A stretch of 64,000 nt of DNA. It comes from Mobula hypostoma (lineage: Eukaryota). The stretch's first letter is position 1, and the number at the start of each line of letters is the position of its first letter. A model generated the notes under the pieces. The model was not told the DNA's origin. It was given only the letters and a program-made list of their open reading frames with translations, and made no database searches. Shown piece after piece: positions 47,754 through 60,423 of this stretch. A program made the position numbers and the translations under genes. The stretch lies in assembly GCF_963921235.1 (NCBI RefSeq), contig NC_086108.1, positions 81,532,001 through 81,596,000 on the forward strand, in the 5' to 3' direction.

Positions 47754-48427
47754 GTAAAACAAAATAACTTTGGTCAGCAATGAGATGGCATATAGCAGGA
47801 ATAAACCAAAATTAACAAAGAACTAAGTGGGTGATATTGAAACAAGTAAAGAAAGGCTGTGATCAGAGAACACAACAATTGATTTAATGACACCATTTTA
47901 GAAAGGGATAGTCAAAAGAAACTTCAAGTAAGATTTTGAAACCTATTAAAATGAAGCATGCAGCATCTTCTACAACCAAATGCATCTGTGAATATACAGG
48001 GGTGAATTCACACAGTCTTTCTCACAAGGGAACCAAAAAATAAGAGGGCCTAAGCTTAAAGAAAAGATTTAAAAGGACAACTTCTTCACAAAGAAGTGGA
48101 GCGTATATCTAGTAAGCTACCAGGGAGAAGCTGAGGCAGGTACAACAATGATATTTAAAAGACATTTGGTTAAGTACGTGTTTCAAAGGGATATAGGTCA
48201 AACATTAGCAAATAGAACTAACTTAGGTGGGCACGTTGGTCAGCAGGTACAATTTGGGCTGGGGGGCCTACTCCCATGTTGTTACTCAATGACTTTATTA
48301 GGTGAGGTACTGAGTTCAAGGGTCGGGAAGTTATATTCCCTACCCTGGCTATAAAACTCTAGTTAGGCTGCACCTGGAGTATATCATTTATATCTGGTCA
48401 CTCCCTTGTAGGAAATGACTTAGATAC

Positions 48428-48770
48428 ATAGAACATGAATATAGAACATAGAATTGTACAGCACAGTACAGGCCCTTCGGCCCACAATGTTGTGCCGACC
48501 CTCAAACCCTGCCTCCCATATAACCCCCCACCTTAAATTCCTCCATATACCTGTCTAGTAGTCTCTTAAACTTCACTAGTGTATCGGCCTCCACTACTGA
48601 CTCAGGCAGTGCATTGCACGCACCAACCACTCTCTGAGTAAAAAACCTTCCTGTAATATCCCCCTTGAACTTCCCACCCCTTACCTTAAAGCCATGTCCT
48701 CTTGTATTGAGCAGTGGTTCCCTGGGGAAGAGGCACTGACTATCCACTCTATCTATTCCTCTTAATATCT
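48428..48770 (-). mobile_element. CR1 3' end, near-identical to the 3' end of 58587-60423
   Basis: LLNTRGHGFKVRGGKFKGDI.GRFFTQRVVGA is shared; (ATAGAAC)n tail. Confidence 0.9.
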
Positions 48771-49827
48771 TAATACTGTTACGTACCCCGTAACTGGGTT
48801 GCCAAACCAGCAGAAATGGATCACTCAGTTGGAGTCTGGAGTACTAGAACTAAGAAAGTTTTATTAAAGAAACAAGCAACACAGTAATCGAAAGGATAAT
48901 AAATGCAACAATTCAACAATGATAACCACACATGTGCACAGAATTAAGATAACAGCATCAATCAAGCTCTATCGTTGTCTAGGGGTAAATGACCAATTTC
49001 AAAATGACTCAAAGTTCAGTCCAGTTTGTAGTTCAGTTCGCAGTAATCGTTGCCATGGCGATGGACAAGGTGGGGGAAGAGAGACAGAATAGGAACAACT
49101 GATCATTCAGAACACTGCTTCACTCACAGACCAGCGGGATGGCTCACAGACCAGCGAGATGGCTCACAAACAGCTTTTGGGCAGGTCCTTGGTGATGTCA
49201 CCTGAGGTCACCGACTGTGACCCCTCCTCCAGATGCGGTCGATCCTCTGCAGTGAACCCGGCACCCAGGCAAGGGCGGACACACACCGGGTTCCCGCTGA
49301 TCGTACCTTTCCACCCTTGTCGTTGTCCGATACTTCTCACCCACTCGTGAGAAGCGCACCGCTTCCAGGGTCTCGTTACCTCGGGTGGCGTGTGTCCCTG
49401 TCTTAGCGAACCTGTCCCTTTTTATCCCCCTGCTGGGGTATCGCCTGTCCATCACTTCAAACAGTTCAGGGTTCAAAGGGGGGAGCCGCTCCAGACAGCT
49501 CTCTCTCCCACATCCCTTCATTACACATCTCCAGACGCTGCTCCATTGTTCCTTATCTCTCCTTCCCCTGAGGGCAGGTGGCAGACCAACTGCTGATGCC
49601 ACTGATGCTAGCCCAGGCCAGCAAACATCTTAATTTTATGTGTATTCTTGTAACACTTCCCCCCTTTAAGGATTTTTACCGGGAGGTAAAAATTACAAAC
49701 ATGACTACATTATCTGATACATACACAATATACATCTTTAACAGTTATTTAGCTAATACAGAGAATTTGAAGCTGTCAACACCTTGACAGACAGTCATCA
49801 CATTTTCTGTTCCTTTTACACGTGTTA

Positions 49828-50376
49828 TTAATAATCCCTTAGACCAGGCTCCAACTCAGCAAACTTCATAGTGGCCAAAAACACTGATGAATTGCGACCA
49901 ATGTAACCTCTCATTTGGTTTTGTCCCGGACCACAACAACAAGGGTCGTCCCATTCCGACTCAATTTTCTCTCGCAAGGGCTTAGTAGGAGGGGGACGGG
50001 TATTGACCGCAGAGTTATTGCAAAACTTCCTGCAGTACCCCACCATCTCCAAGAGCCTTCTGAGGGCCCTCTTGTCTATCGGGGTTGGGAGGTCAGCGAT
50101 AGCCTGCACTGTAGCTTGCATCACTGCCAGCTGCCCCTGTGTCACCACAATTCCCAGGTAAGTGACCCTTGTGTGGCCGAATTCATTTTTTTCAAGGTTC
50201 ACTATCAAGCTGGCTTCAGACAGCCGTATTAAATTGCCAATACACACCTCTGTGTTCATCAGCCCTTTAGTCACTGAATTACTCAAAAAATATGGGTGTT
50301 GTTTACTTGGCTGCCCTATTGTAACCACAATCACCCAAGTCCCAGTTCTTTGCATTTCCTCGGGACAATCAAACAC
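49828..50376 (-). pseudogene. Degenerate RT remnant (no YxDD)
   Basis: KQHPY and LSEASLIVNLEKNEFGHTRVTYLG...LRRLLEMVGYCRKFC match the RT N-flank and thumb; the catalytic core is absent. Confidence 0.85.
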
Positions 50377-52748
50377 ATGGGTGCGAGTCGTTTAATTACT
50401 CCTTCGGGGATTAAGGGAGAGACCTTATCAGTAGACCTGGCCAAAACAATAGCCTTCTCCCATCTGACCGATCCCATCCTAATCTTTTCAAAATGGTTCT
50501 TTTCTCTTATCAGGGGGCCCCTAGCTTCATTGATTTCCACGCTAACACCGACTAGGTTTGTTAGCATATCAAAAGCCGGTGACCGTCTCAGTTCGCGTCG
50601 GTCATGATCAATAACATTTTTCCCCCTGGGCAGCCGGTAAATCTCTTTCATGATTCCACCAACTGTTTCCTCCAGCACCGCAAAATGTCCACCGGGGGGT
50701 ACCTCGTGGGCCATGTTAAAAACCTCATCCCCATAACTCTTTTGCACCACCCCCCACTCCTCATCTGCGGATGCTGTACTTGATTTCCCTTTCTTCCTTA
50801 GCACTTCCTCATCCGCACAATAGCTTGTCAAGGCTGTGTCAGAGAGAGCGGTCTCGGCAAAAACCATCAGCCCCTCGTCTCGCTCCTGCGTCTGCACAAA
50901 TTCTTTCCTGGCTACTGCTACGTCCGTCCCAGCTCCCTCACTACCTCTTATCTCACTACACCCTGTCTCATACAAGGTTGGCAGAAATGTTTCAGCCAAA
51001 TTCACCATCGCGGGCGGGGCCTCCATGCTGGCAGGCTGACCCGTCAATCTCACGACTGGGAACACGATTCCTCCGGCGATGTCATTACCGAGCAAGACTT
51101 CCACGTCTTTCATCGGTAATTCGGACCTCACCCCGATCGTGACTAGTCCAGAGACCAGGTTGCTCTGTAAGTGTATCTGGTGCAAAGGGACTGGCTCTGT
51201 CCCTTCCCCAACACCTTTGACCTCTACCTCCCCAGTCTGGGTCTCTGAGCTAAACTCTAATACACTCTTCAGTATTAGTGACTGACACGCTCCCGTGTCT
51301 CTCCAGATCCGCACTGGAACTGGTTTTAACCTCTTTTTCACTGACACCAGTCCGGCCGAGATAAACCTCTCGCGCCCTTCCTGGACTTTTTCAGACCTGT
51401 CCTTCCCTAGCGGTTCGCTTAACAGCTCAATACAGCCATTCAAAATTTCCGCTTTTCCTTTCCCCGTCTCCTTCCTTGGGGCAAAGCACCTGGACGCAAA
51501 GTGTCCGACTTTCCCACAATTATAACAGACGACCCCAGGAGACTTCCTACCAGACTGCTCCCGGTCTACCTTATCCTTTTCACTAGTCCCCGGCTTACTT
51601 TCTGACTTTTCCAGCGGACTCTCCCCTCCGTCCTGACTACCCTTCTGGTAGCCTTTACTCGGGGCAAACTTCATTTTATGCGTCAACGCATACTCATCCG
51701 CTAACTTAGCAGTTGCGGCTAACGTGGCTGCCTCTTTCTCATCGAGGTAGGGTCTCATACCCTCAGGGACACAACCTTTAAACTGCTCAATCAGAATCAG
51801 CTGCAGCAGTCTGTCATAATCCCCCTCTACCCCTTTCGAGGCGCACCAACGCTCACAATATGTTTGCATCTCGCGAGCAAACTCCAAATACGTGCAGTCC
51901 CACTGTTTCCTCGCATTCCGGAACCTCTGCCGGTATGCCTCCGGGACCAACTCATAAATCCTGAGGATGGCCTCCTTCACCACCTCATACTTCTGGGCAT
52001 CTTCCGCGGATAAAGCGGAGTAAGCTTGTTGGGCCTTCCCTTTCAGTACACTCTGAAGTAAGACAACCCACTTATCCCTCGGCCATTCCTGACTTATGGC
52101 CACTTTTTCGAAATGGAGAAAGTACCGATCCACATCGGTATCGTCAAATGGGGGAACCAGCCTAACCTCCTGGGTCGCCCGGAACCCTCCACCTTGGTTC
52201 GGCACGAGCCCCTGCTCGGCCCTTATCTTTAACTTCTCCAGCTCAAATTCCCTTTCCCTCTGTTTCTCCTCTCTCTCCAACTGTCTGTCCCTCTCTCTCT
52301 CTTCTCTCTCCAACTGTCTTTCTCTCTCTTGCCTTTCTACCTCTTTCTCTCTCTCCCGCCTTTCTAACTCTCTCTCTTTCTCCCGCCTTTCTAACTCTCT
52401 CTCTTTCTCCTGCCTTTCTAACTCTCTCTCTTTCTCCTGCCTTTCTAACTGCTTCTCTTCGTGTTCTAACTGCCGTACCCGGAACTCGTGCTCGAGTCTC
52501 AGTTTTTCAAGCTGTACCTGTACCGCGTCTCCAGCAGGTTTTTCAATAGACACCTCCCCCAGCTCACCTTGGGGAAACACACCTTTAGATACATAGTGCT
52601 CTACAATAGCTCTGTGTATCTCCTCTCTCCTCATTGTCGACTTCACCTTAGCAAGATTCACCCGTTTTGCCACAGCTATCAATTCCGATTTCCTGGCATC
52701 CTCTAATGCCTCCAAGGTCGGTGCCTTTATAAATTCCTCAACCTCCAT
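50331..52748 (-). CDS. Gag (SCAN-like capsid, CCHC knuckle) - aspartic protease - pol remnants
   Basis: 805-aa open frame: E/R/K repeat, VPEAYRQRFR...ILIEQFK, CYNCGKVGHFASRC, RDTGACQSL, LLGND, and integrase Zn-finger remnant AHEVPPGGHF. Confidence 0.92.
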   Translation of the reverse strand: MEVEEFIKAPTLEALEDARKSELIAVAKRVNLAKVKSTMRREEIHRAIVEHYVSKGVFPQGELGEVSIEKPAGDAVQVQLEKLRLEHEFRVRQLEHEEKQLERQEKERELERQEKERELERREKERELERREREKEVERQERERQLEREERERDRQLEREEKQREREFELEKLKIRAEQGLVPNQGGGFRATQEVRLVPPFDDTDVDRYFLHFEKVAISQEWPRDKWVVLLQSVLKGKAQQAYSALSAEDAQKYEVVKEAILRIYELVPEAYRQRFRNARKQWDCTYLEFAREMQTYCERWCASKGVEGDYDRLLQLILIEQFKGCVPEGMRPYLDEKEAATLAATAKLADEYALTHKMKFAPSKGYQKGSQDGGESPLEKSESKPGTSEKDKVDREQSGRKSPGVVCYNCGKVGHFASRCFAPRKETGKGKAEILNGCIELLSEPLGKDRSEKVQEGRERFISAGLVSVKKRLKPVPVRIWRDTGACQSLILKSVLEFSSETQTGEVEVKGVGEGTEPVPLHQIHLQSNLVSGLVTIGVRSELPMKDVEVLLGNDIAGGIVFPVVRLTGQPASMEAPPAMVNLAETFLPTLYETGCSEIRGSEGAGTDVAVARKEFVQTQERDEGLMVFAETALSDTALTSYCADEEVLRKKGKSSTASADEEWGVVQKSYGDEVFNMAHEVPPGGHFAVLEETVGGIMKEIYRLPRGKNVIDHDRRELRRSPAFDMLTNLVGVSVEINEARGPLIREKNHFEKIRMGSVRWEKAIVLARSTDKVSPLIPEGVIKRLAPMCLIVPRKCKELGLG

Positions 52749-53731
52749 TTCTGCTGTTTGTCTTTTCTTTCTTTCGGGAATTTTAACCCAATCAATTTAC
52801 TCCGTCCCAAATTTAGCGTTCAAAATCCCGGACGAGCCCCCACTTATGTTACGTACCCCGTAACTGGGTTGCCAAACCAGCAGAAATGGATCACTCAGTT
52901 GGAGTCTGGAGTACTAGAACTAAGAAAGTTTTATTAAAGAAACAAGCAACACAGTAATCGAAAGGATAATAAATGCAACAATTCAACAATGATAACCACA
53001 CATGTGCACAGAATTAAGATAACAGCATCAATCAAGCTCTATCGTTGTCTAGGGGTAAATGACCAATTTCAAAATGACTCAAAGTTCAGTCCAGTTTGTA
53101 GTTCAGTTCACAGTAATCGTTGCCATGGCGATGGACAAGGTGGGGGAAGAGAGACAGAATAGGAACAACTGATCATTCAGAACACTGCTTCACTCACAGA
53201 CCAGCGGGATGGCTCACAGACCAGCGAGATGGCTCACAAACAGCTTTTGGGCAGGTCCTTGGTGATGTCACCTGAGGTCACCGACTGTGACCCCTCCTCC
53301 AGATGCGGTCGATCCTCTGCAGTGAACCCGGCACCCAGGCAAGGGCGGACACACACCGGGTTCCCGCTGATCGTACCTTTCCACCCTTGTCGTTGTCCGG
53401 TACTTCTCACCCACTCGTGAGAAGCGCACCGCTTCCAGGGTCTCGTTACCTCGGGTGGCGTGTGTCCCTGTCTTAGCGAACCTGTCCCTTTTTATCCCCC
53501 TGCTGGGGTATCGCCTGTCCATCACTTCAAACAGTTCAGGGTTCAAAGGGGGGAGCCGCTCCAGACAGCTCTCTCTCTCCCACATCCCTTCATTACACAT
53601 CTCCAGACGCTGCTCCATTGTTCCTTATCTCTCCTTCCCCTGAGGGCAGGTGGCAGACCAACTGCTGATGCCACTGATGCTAGCCCAGGCCAGCAAACAT
53701 CTTAATTTTATGTGTATTCTCGTAACAATAC

Positions 53732-54600
53732 TTACCACTAATACTACTACTACGTTGACTTAGGCCTAGGGGGCCGGCGTCGGGCACAATGACAGACTCT
53801 CCACTTCTCCCCCTCCCTCATCAGTGCGTTCAGTTCATCTACATTAGCCGCGCCGCTGTCTTCTAGGAGCGTGTTGACCATAGTCTTGGGAGGGTGCCAA
53901 GGGTTCCTCCTCCCACGCTTGGGCTCCCATATGATGACTAGGCTGGCAGGTAGCTCAGAGTGGCGTAGACAGTGCCCCGCTAGTTGCAGTCTTCTCGCCT
54001 CGATTTTAGTGGTGAGCATCGGTAGGTTGTTATAGAGCTCAACGTTCGTCATGTGCTGTTGCCAACTCACATCAAGAGCCATCCAGAGCATTCGTGTATA
54101 GCAACCATCTAGAGACTTTCGCATCGTCTTGGTGAGTGTCCACCTCTCGCATCCGTACGTGAGAATGGATTCTATGACTGCTATGAAAATCCTCTTTTTA
54201 AGCCGCTGGTCAGGTTCAACTTCCAGATTTCCTTCATGTCGTTCATAACCCTCCACGCCAGTGCCTTCCGTATCTTTATGTCCTTCTCTGAACTCATCAT
54301 TCTTGACCCAAGGTACTTGTAGTCAAAGACTTTCTTAATGGCATCATTCTCTACAGTCTTGAGAGTACTTTCTTCACAGTTAAACGCCATGTAGCATTTA
54401 GGTGAAGTCCAACATTATTGCACTCAATTTCCACTTTTGTCAGTAGCTGCTGTGTTTCCTCCATCTGGTCAGAGAGCAGGACTATGTCGTCTGCAAAATC
54501 GAGATCCGTGAGCGTAACTGACTGACCCTTTTGGTTCACCATGGTTTTATGGTAAAACCAAGCTTGTCATGATCTTTGGTAGCTTGACACAGAGCGTCAA
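53732..54600 (-). mobile_element. RTE/RTEX-type LINE, 5'-truncated
   Basis: LTDLDFADDIVLL, DYKYLGS, ESILTYGCERWTL, RRLQLAGHCLRH; (TAG)n tail. Confidence 0.9.
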
Positions 54601-54629
54601 TATTTAATTCTGTATTAATATCTTAATAC

Positions 54630-55680
54630 AGTAAGTGTGAAGTCATTCAAACCAGGTATGACCTATGCAGTGAATGGCAGAGCATTGACAAGTGTTGTGG
54701 AACACGGATCACAACCTTGGGATGATCTGCAACCTGGGAGTACAAGTGCACATTGTCAAACTGGAGATGGTGCAGAGTCAATTTACAAGAATGATGCCTG
54801 GATTTGAGGGCCTGAGTTATAGGGGGAGGATGGCCAGACACACTGAATCTTTGTTCCTTGGAGCACAGATAAATGAAGGGTGACCTTACAGAAATTTATA
54901 AAATCATGAGAGGCATGGATAATATGGACGGTTATAGTCTTTTCTCAAGGGCAAAGGGGAGTGACCAGAAAGATACTTGAGAGGTAACTTCTTTACACAG
55001 AGGATAGTGAGTATCTGGAACAAGTGGCGAGTACAATTACAAAATCTAAGAGGTATTTGGATAGGTACATAGAGGGTTATGCGGGCAACTGGGACGAGCA
55101 GGGAGGATGCTGTGCTCACCATGAACCAGTTGGGCCAAAGGACCTGTTAGCATGCTGTATCATTCTGTGACTCTGTGACTCTGAGAAGGTTCTGGAGGCT
55201 CTGGAGAGAGAGCAGAAGAGGCTTACTAGCATGGATTAGAGGGCACGTACTGTGAGGAGAGGTTAAGCAAACTTGGGAAGTGAATCATTTCACACTTTTC
55301 AGGATTGAACTCCATCTGCCACTTCTCAGCCCAGCTCTGCATCCTATTAATGTCCCATTATAACCTACAAAAAAATTCTACACTATCCACAACATCACCA
55401 ACTGTCATGTCATCTGCAAACTTGCTAATACATTCTTCCACTTCCTCATCCAAGTCATTTATAAAAATTACAATGAGCAAGGATCCTATAACAGGTCCCT
55501 GACCTTCAGGCAGAACGCACTCCATCCACTACTACCCTCTGCCTTCCAAGAGCAAGCCAATTCTGAATCCATGTGGCCAAGTTCCCTGGATTCCATGCTT
55601 CCTGACTTTCTGAATGAGCCTACCATGGAGAATCTCGTCAAATACTTACTAAAATCCATATACACCACATTTACTGCTAT
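54630..55680. mobile_element. Decayed CR1 fragments in both orientations
   Basis: VQSQFTRMMPGFEGLSY on the plus strand; VYMDFSK and KFADD on the minus strand. Confidence 0.75.
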
Positions 55681-56024
55681 GTTCTGTGACTACTTCCATG
55701 TTAGAATGCATAATTGGTGGCCAACAGATAAAAGAATATCATTATGATTTGTCTCCTTCCTGGGGGATGGACTGTGGTTTCTGACACTGATACACACTCA
55801 GATCACTAACTCATCAAAATGGGGAATAGCAACCACTATCCCAGCACGACAAAACTATGTTGCTGTTCTCGTCGGATTCACCCACTTGACCGACTCAAAC
55901 TGTACAATCTGGATTAAACACTGACAAAAGTGCACGTAATTCAAACTTACTAAAGCTCAGATCCCAATAGTGGGAGACTACCAAATGAAAAAATAATACA
56001 GTTGACCATCTAGGTTTGGCTTCA

Positions 56025-56300
56025 CAGCGCAGTGGTTAGCACAATTGCTTTACGGTTCCACGATCACCAGTCGAGTTTCAATCCCTTCTGATGTCTGTAA
56101 GGAAGTTGAACATTCTCCTCACGAGCTCTGGGTGCTCCAGATCCTCCCACATTCCAAAGACATATGGTTTGAGTGAGTGAGTTTGTGGGTTTGCTATGCT
56201 AGCAGTGGAAGTGTGGCCCACAGCATAATCCTCACTGATTTGATCTGACACATATGACACATTTTACTGTATACACGTGACAAATAAAGCTAATCTCTTT
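56025..56300 (+). mobile_element. tRNA-derived SINE
   Basis: GCGCAGTGGTTAGC head; same body and tail as 31180-31495. Confidence 0.72.
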
Positions 56301-58586
56301 CATTGAAAGCAGTGACCATCAGATCCAGTGCAAGGCTGGACATCTGGTGGCATTGCAGCCAAATACCAACAAAGCAAGCTTATTTTCTTATATTAGTCTA
56401 TGACATGTCCTCTTAAGCCCATTCCCAGTCATTTAAGTCTATTGCCATCACTGGCTTGTACTTCAAACCTGCATCAGGATAAATCTTTTATTAATAAATA
56501 GCTGAATATTGCAGCTAAGAAATAATCTCCTTGGGGGTGTGGCTTTAAAGCTGACATCATCAGTGTGAGCGGGTGTAACCTCTCCCCATTTGCTGACAAA
56601 TGCAAGGTGGCAGCTTGTCTGTCATGGGGAATCAGCCTGCTGTACTCTGGTGGGATTTTGCAGACACACATTGTGGCCACAATTAAATACTGTGGAAACT
56701 GCACTGGACAGGACCACAGGGATAACACTTTCACTCTTCTTCAAAATAGCAGTTCAAGAAGATCAAGAAGAGACGATAGTGTCTTATTTCATGACACATC
56801 TTAAGTACAGCTCTCTCTTGGTATGTACAGGAGCATCTTCAGGCTCAAGTTTCTGGAGCAGGACACAGAACTTGAACACACAACTTTCTGCCTCAGAGGC
56901 CCTAGTACTACTCACAGAGCAACAGCTGACACAATAAAGGACAACATTAAAGCCAGTCTGGAACAATGTTTTGTAAAAGCAGATATAACTGAATTATATG
57001 AATTACTGAGCACAAATATAAGGTCATGGATCCAATTCAAACACTGAATCACCAGAGCCCTAAGTGAAATGGTTGATGCTGGAAATGATTTAGACTGAAT
57101 CATGGGTCTGGAAATAAAGACTTCCCTTAAAAAAAACATAATTTGCAGCTGGAAAAATCCAGAGAATAGAGTCGGAATGAATCATTGCCATTTAATGGAA
57201 AAGTTAACAGTCAACAGAAGCTTGATCTTTTTCAACGAAAAATGGCGGTTACCCAGGTGACGGAACACTGCATAAGCAGGGTCTGCTTTAACAGCAAACA
57301 CTAATGTATGAAGGAAAAGATACAGGATAACTCATTTAGCCTGCAACCATAGCCTCTGTTGAGTCAAGGAATGAATTTCAGATAGCAAGTAAAACCTAAT
57401 GCTTAATTCTCTCCCTGCTTTTCCCCTACTTTGAGTTACTGAATCATTCTTGTTATACTTGAATCTTGCCAGCTCATTCATCCGTCTTCACTCGGCTTCC
57501 AATAAATATCTTCATATTCCATCTTGCCCCTAATTTCATTTTAACATTATGATTTTCTATTGCCAGGGGTATTTTTTTCATTCTCATTATGTCGCTTCCA
57601 GATTCTTACTTGTAAAATCAATCAGTCTCTCTGGATTTTCTTTCCATATCTTTGGTACGGTTATATCCCTACCATGTGCTGTATAAATTGATCTAAACCT
57701 TGGTGGCCACCCAGGTTTTGCAGTCATCCTAAGTGAAAGCAGAGAAGTTTTTCAAGCATTTTTGTTCTATACTACATGAGTAGAGAGCAAATGCTTTTGG
57801 GTGAGTGGTATGCACATATTGCCTCTCAATTGTAATAAGTAAACTGCTTCTGTAGCTATCTAAAATTACAGTTATGGTGAAGGTTAACTGAATAAGGTTG
57901 GTTTCAGGGATAAGGCTTCAATAAGCCGTATCATAGTCCAGCCAGCGGTGCGGAGCATCAGCCCAACAAGGTGCACAGATCGACAGGTAAGGGACAGGCA
58001 GCTGCAGAGTGGATTTGGACATGAAGAACCAAACCCCAACAAAAAGCAGGAACACACCAAGTCATGAACGTGCCCCATTAGGACACATTTACAGCAAAGA
58101 GACCACTAAAGAGCTTACACCTGTAACATTAGCCACAGTAAAGGGCGTTTACCTGCAGAATTATCCTCTAGTAAAATGTATATCAACTATAGAATGCTGT
58201 CCCAGCAAGATATATGCACACTAGCTCAGCCAGGTCCATGTACCTATGGACAAAGCCATAGTAGTACATTCTAGTAAATGGCATGAAAGTTTGGAACAAT
58301 ACCTTCAAAAAGGGTTCATTCCTCCCAACACTTATTAGTCACCTCTGTACCCCTTTCCTATTCACATATTTTGTGCATGGTTATAATCCTGTGAAGTGTT
58401 TCCCCATGATAAAAAAACTCTATGTAAATAGTAGATATTGACCCTCAGATTCTTGTACATCACCAATGCTTCCTTCAAAGGCCGAAATCCAAGCTCTAGT
58501 CATTCATCTTTAACTTTTTCTGCCTTTATATTTCTGACTCCTTTGTGACACTTAGTTTTTTAAAAAATCCTTTTATCAAGATTTGG

Positions 58587-60423
58587 GCATGAGAAGTGGG
58601 GTAAAGGAAAACGCCAAGGCATTCTTCAATTATGTGAAGAACAAAAGGATGACAGGAGTGAAGGTGGAACCGATTAGAGATAAAGGTGGAACCGATTAGA
58701 GATAAAGGTGGGAAGATGTTCCTGGAGGCTGTGGAAGTGAGCAAGGTCCTCAATGAATACTTCTCTTCGGTATTCACCAATGAGAGGGAACTTGATGATG
58801 GTGAGGACAATATGAGTGAGGTTGATGTTCTGGAGCATGTTGATATTAAGGGGGAGGAGGTGTTGGAGTTGTTAAAATACATTAGGACGGATAAGTCCCC
58901 AGGGCCTGACGGAATATTCCCCAGGCAGCTCCATGAGGTGAGGGAAGAGATTGCTAAGCCTCCAGCTAGGATCTTTATGTCCTCGTTGTCCATGGGAATG
59001 GTACCGGAGGATTGGAGGGAGGTGAATGTTGTCCCCTTGTTCAAAAAAGGTAGTAGGGATAGTACGGGTAATTATAGACCAGTGAGACTTACTTCTGTGG
59101 TGGGAAAGCTGTTGGAAAAGATTCTTAGAGATCGGATCTATGGGCATTTAGAGAATTATGGTCTGATCAGGGACAGTCAGCATGGCTTTGTGAAGGGCAG
59201 ATCGTGTCTAACAAGCCTGATAGAGTTCTTTGAGGCATATAGATGAGGGTAGTGCAGTGGATGTGATCTATATGGATTTTAGTAAGGCATTTGACAAGGT
59301 TCCACACAGTAGGCTTATTCAGAAAGTCAGAAGGCATGGGATCCAGGGAAGTTTGGCCGGGTGGATTCAGAATTATCTTGCCTGCAGAAGTCAGAGGGTC
59401 GTGGTGGAGGGAGTACATTCAGATTAGAGGATCGTGACTAGTGGTGTCCCACAAGAATCTGTTCTGGGACCTCTACTTTTCGTGATTTTTATTAACAACC
59501 TGGATGTGGGGGTAGAAGGGTGGGTTGGCAAGTTTGCAGACAACACAAAGGTTGGTGGTGTTGTAGATAGTGTAGAGGATTGTCGAAGATTGCAGAGAGA
59601 CATTGATAGGATGCAGAAGTGGGCTGAGAAGAGGCAGATGGAGATTAACCCAGAGAACTGTGAGGCGGTACACTTTGGAAGCACAAACTCCAAGGCAGAG
59701 TACAAAGTAAGTGGCAGAATACTTGGTAGTGTGGAGGAGCAGACGGATCTGGGGGTACATGTCCACAGATCCCTGAAAGTTGCCTCACAGGTAGATAGGG
59801 TAGTTAAGAAAGCTTATGGGGTGTTAGTCTTCATAAGTCGAGGGATAGAGTTTAAGAGTCGCAATGTAATGATGCAGCTCTATAAAACTCTGGTTAGGCC
59901 ACACTTGGAGTACTGTGTCCAGTTCTGGTCGCCTCACTATAGGAAAGGTATGGAAGCATTGGAAAGGGTGCAGAGGAGATTTACCAGGATGCTGCCTGGT
60001 TTAGAAAGTATGCATTATGATCAGAGATTAAAGGAGCTAGGGTTTTACTCTTTGGAGAAAAGGAGGATGGGAGGAGACATGATAGAGGAGTACAAGATAA
60101 TAAGAGGAATAGATAGAGTGGATAGCCAGCGCCTCTTCCCCAGAGCACCGCTGCTCAATACAAGAGGACATGGCTTTAAGGTAAGGGGTGGGAAGTTCAA
60201 GAGGGATATCAGAGGAAGGTTTTTTACTTAGAGAGTGGTTGGTGCGTGGAATGCACTGCCTGAGTCAGTGGTGGAGGCAGATACACTTGTGAAGTTTAAG
60301 AGACTACTGGACAGGTATATGGAGGAATTTAAGGTGGGGGGGTTATATGGGAGGCAGGGTTTGAGGGTCGGCACAACATTGTGGGCCGAAGGGCCTGTAA
60401 AGTACTGTACTATTCTATGTTCT
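58587..60423 (+). mobile_element. CR1 LINE, 5'-truncated, disrupted RT
   Basis: TSD AAGATTTGG at 58578-58586 and 60424-60432. ORFs 58686-59246, 59230-59427 and 59434-60231 are separated by a frameshift and stops. Short tandem duplication near 58661-58706. Confidence 0.96.

Larger units (their letters stand above)
48777..53727 (-). mobile_element. Very young Gmr1-like Gypsy LTR retrotransposon, non-autonomous (pol deleted)
   Basis: LTRs at 48777-49655 and 52847-53727 (TG...CA, near-identical); TSD ATAC; perfect tRNA-Pro PBS TGGGGGCTCGTCCGGGAT (52825-52842); PPT AAAGGGGGGAAG. Confidence 0.97.

Noticed and set aside
49159..49633. ORFs inside the LTRs (also 53229-53705)
   Set aside because: The LTR copies differ by a frameshifting 2-bp indel and show no protein motifs.
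52096..52596. 166-aa Ser/Leu-rich plus-strand ORF
   Set aside because: Antisense shadow of the Gag E/R/K repeat.
56474..57139. Dense overlapping short ORFs with possible splice sites
   Set aside because: No family was recognisable. It could be a decayed element or an exon, but this cannot be supported without a search.
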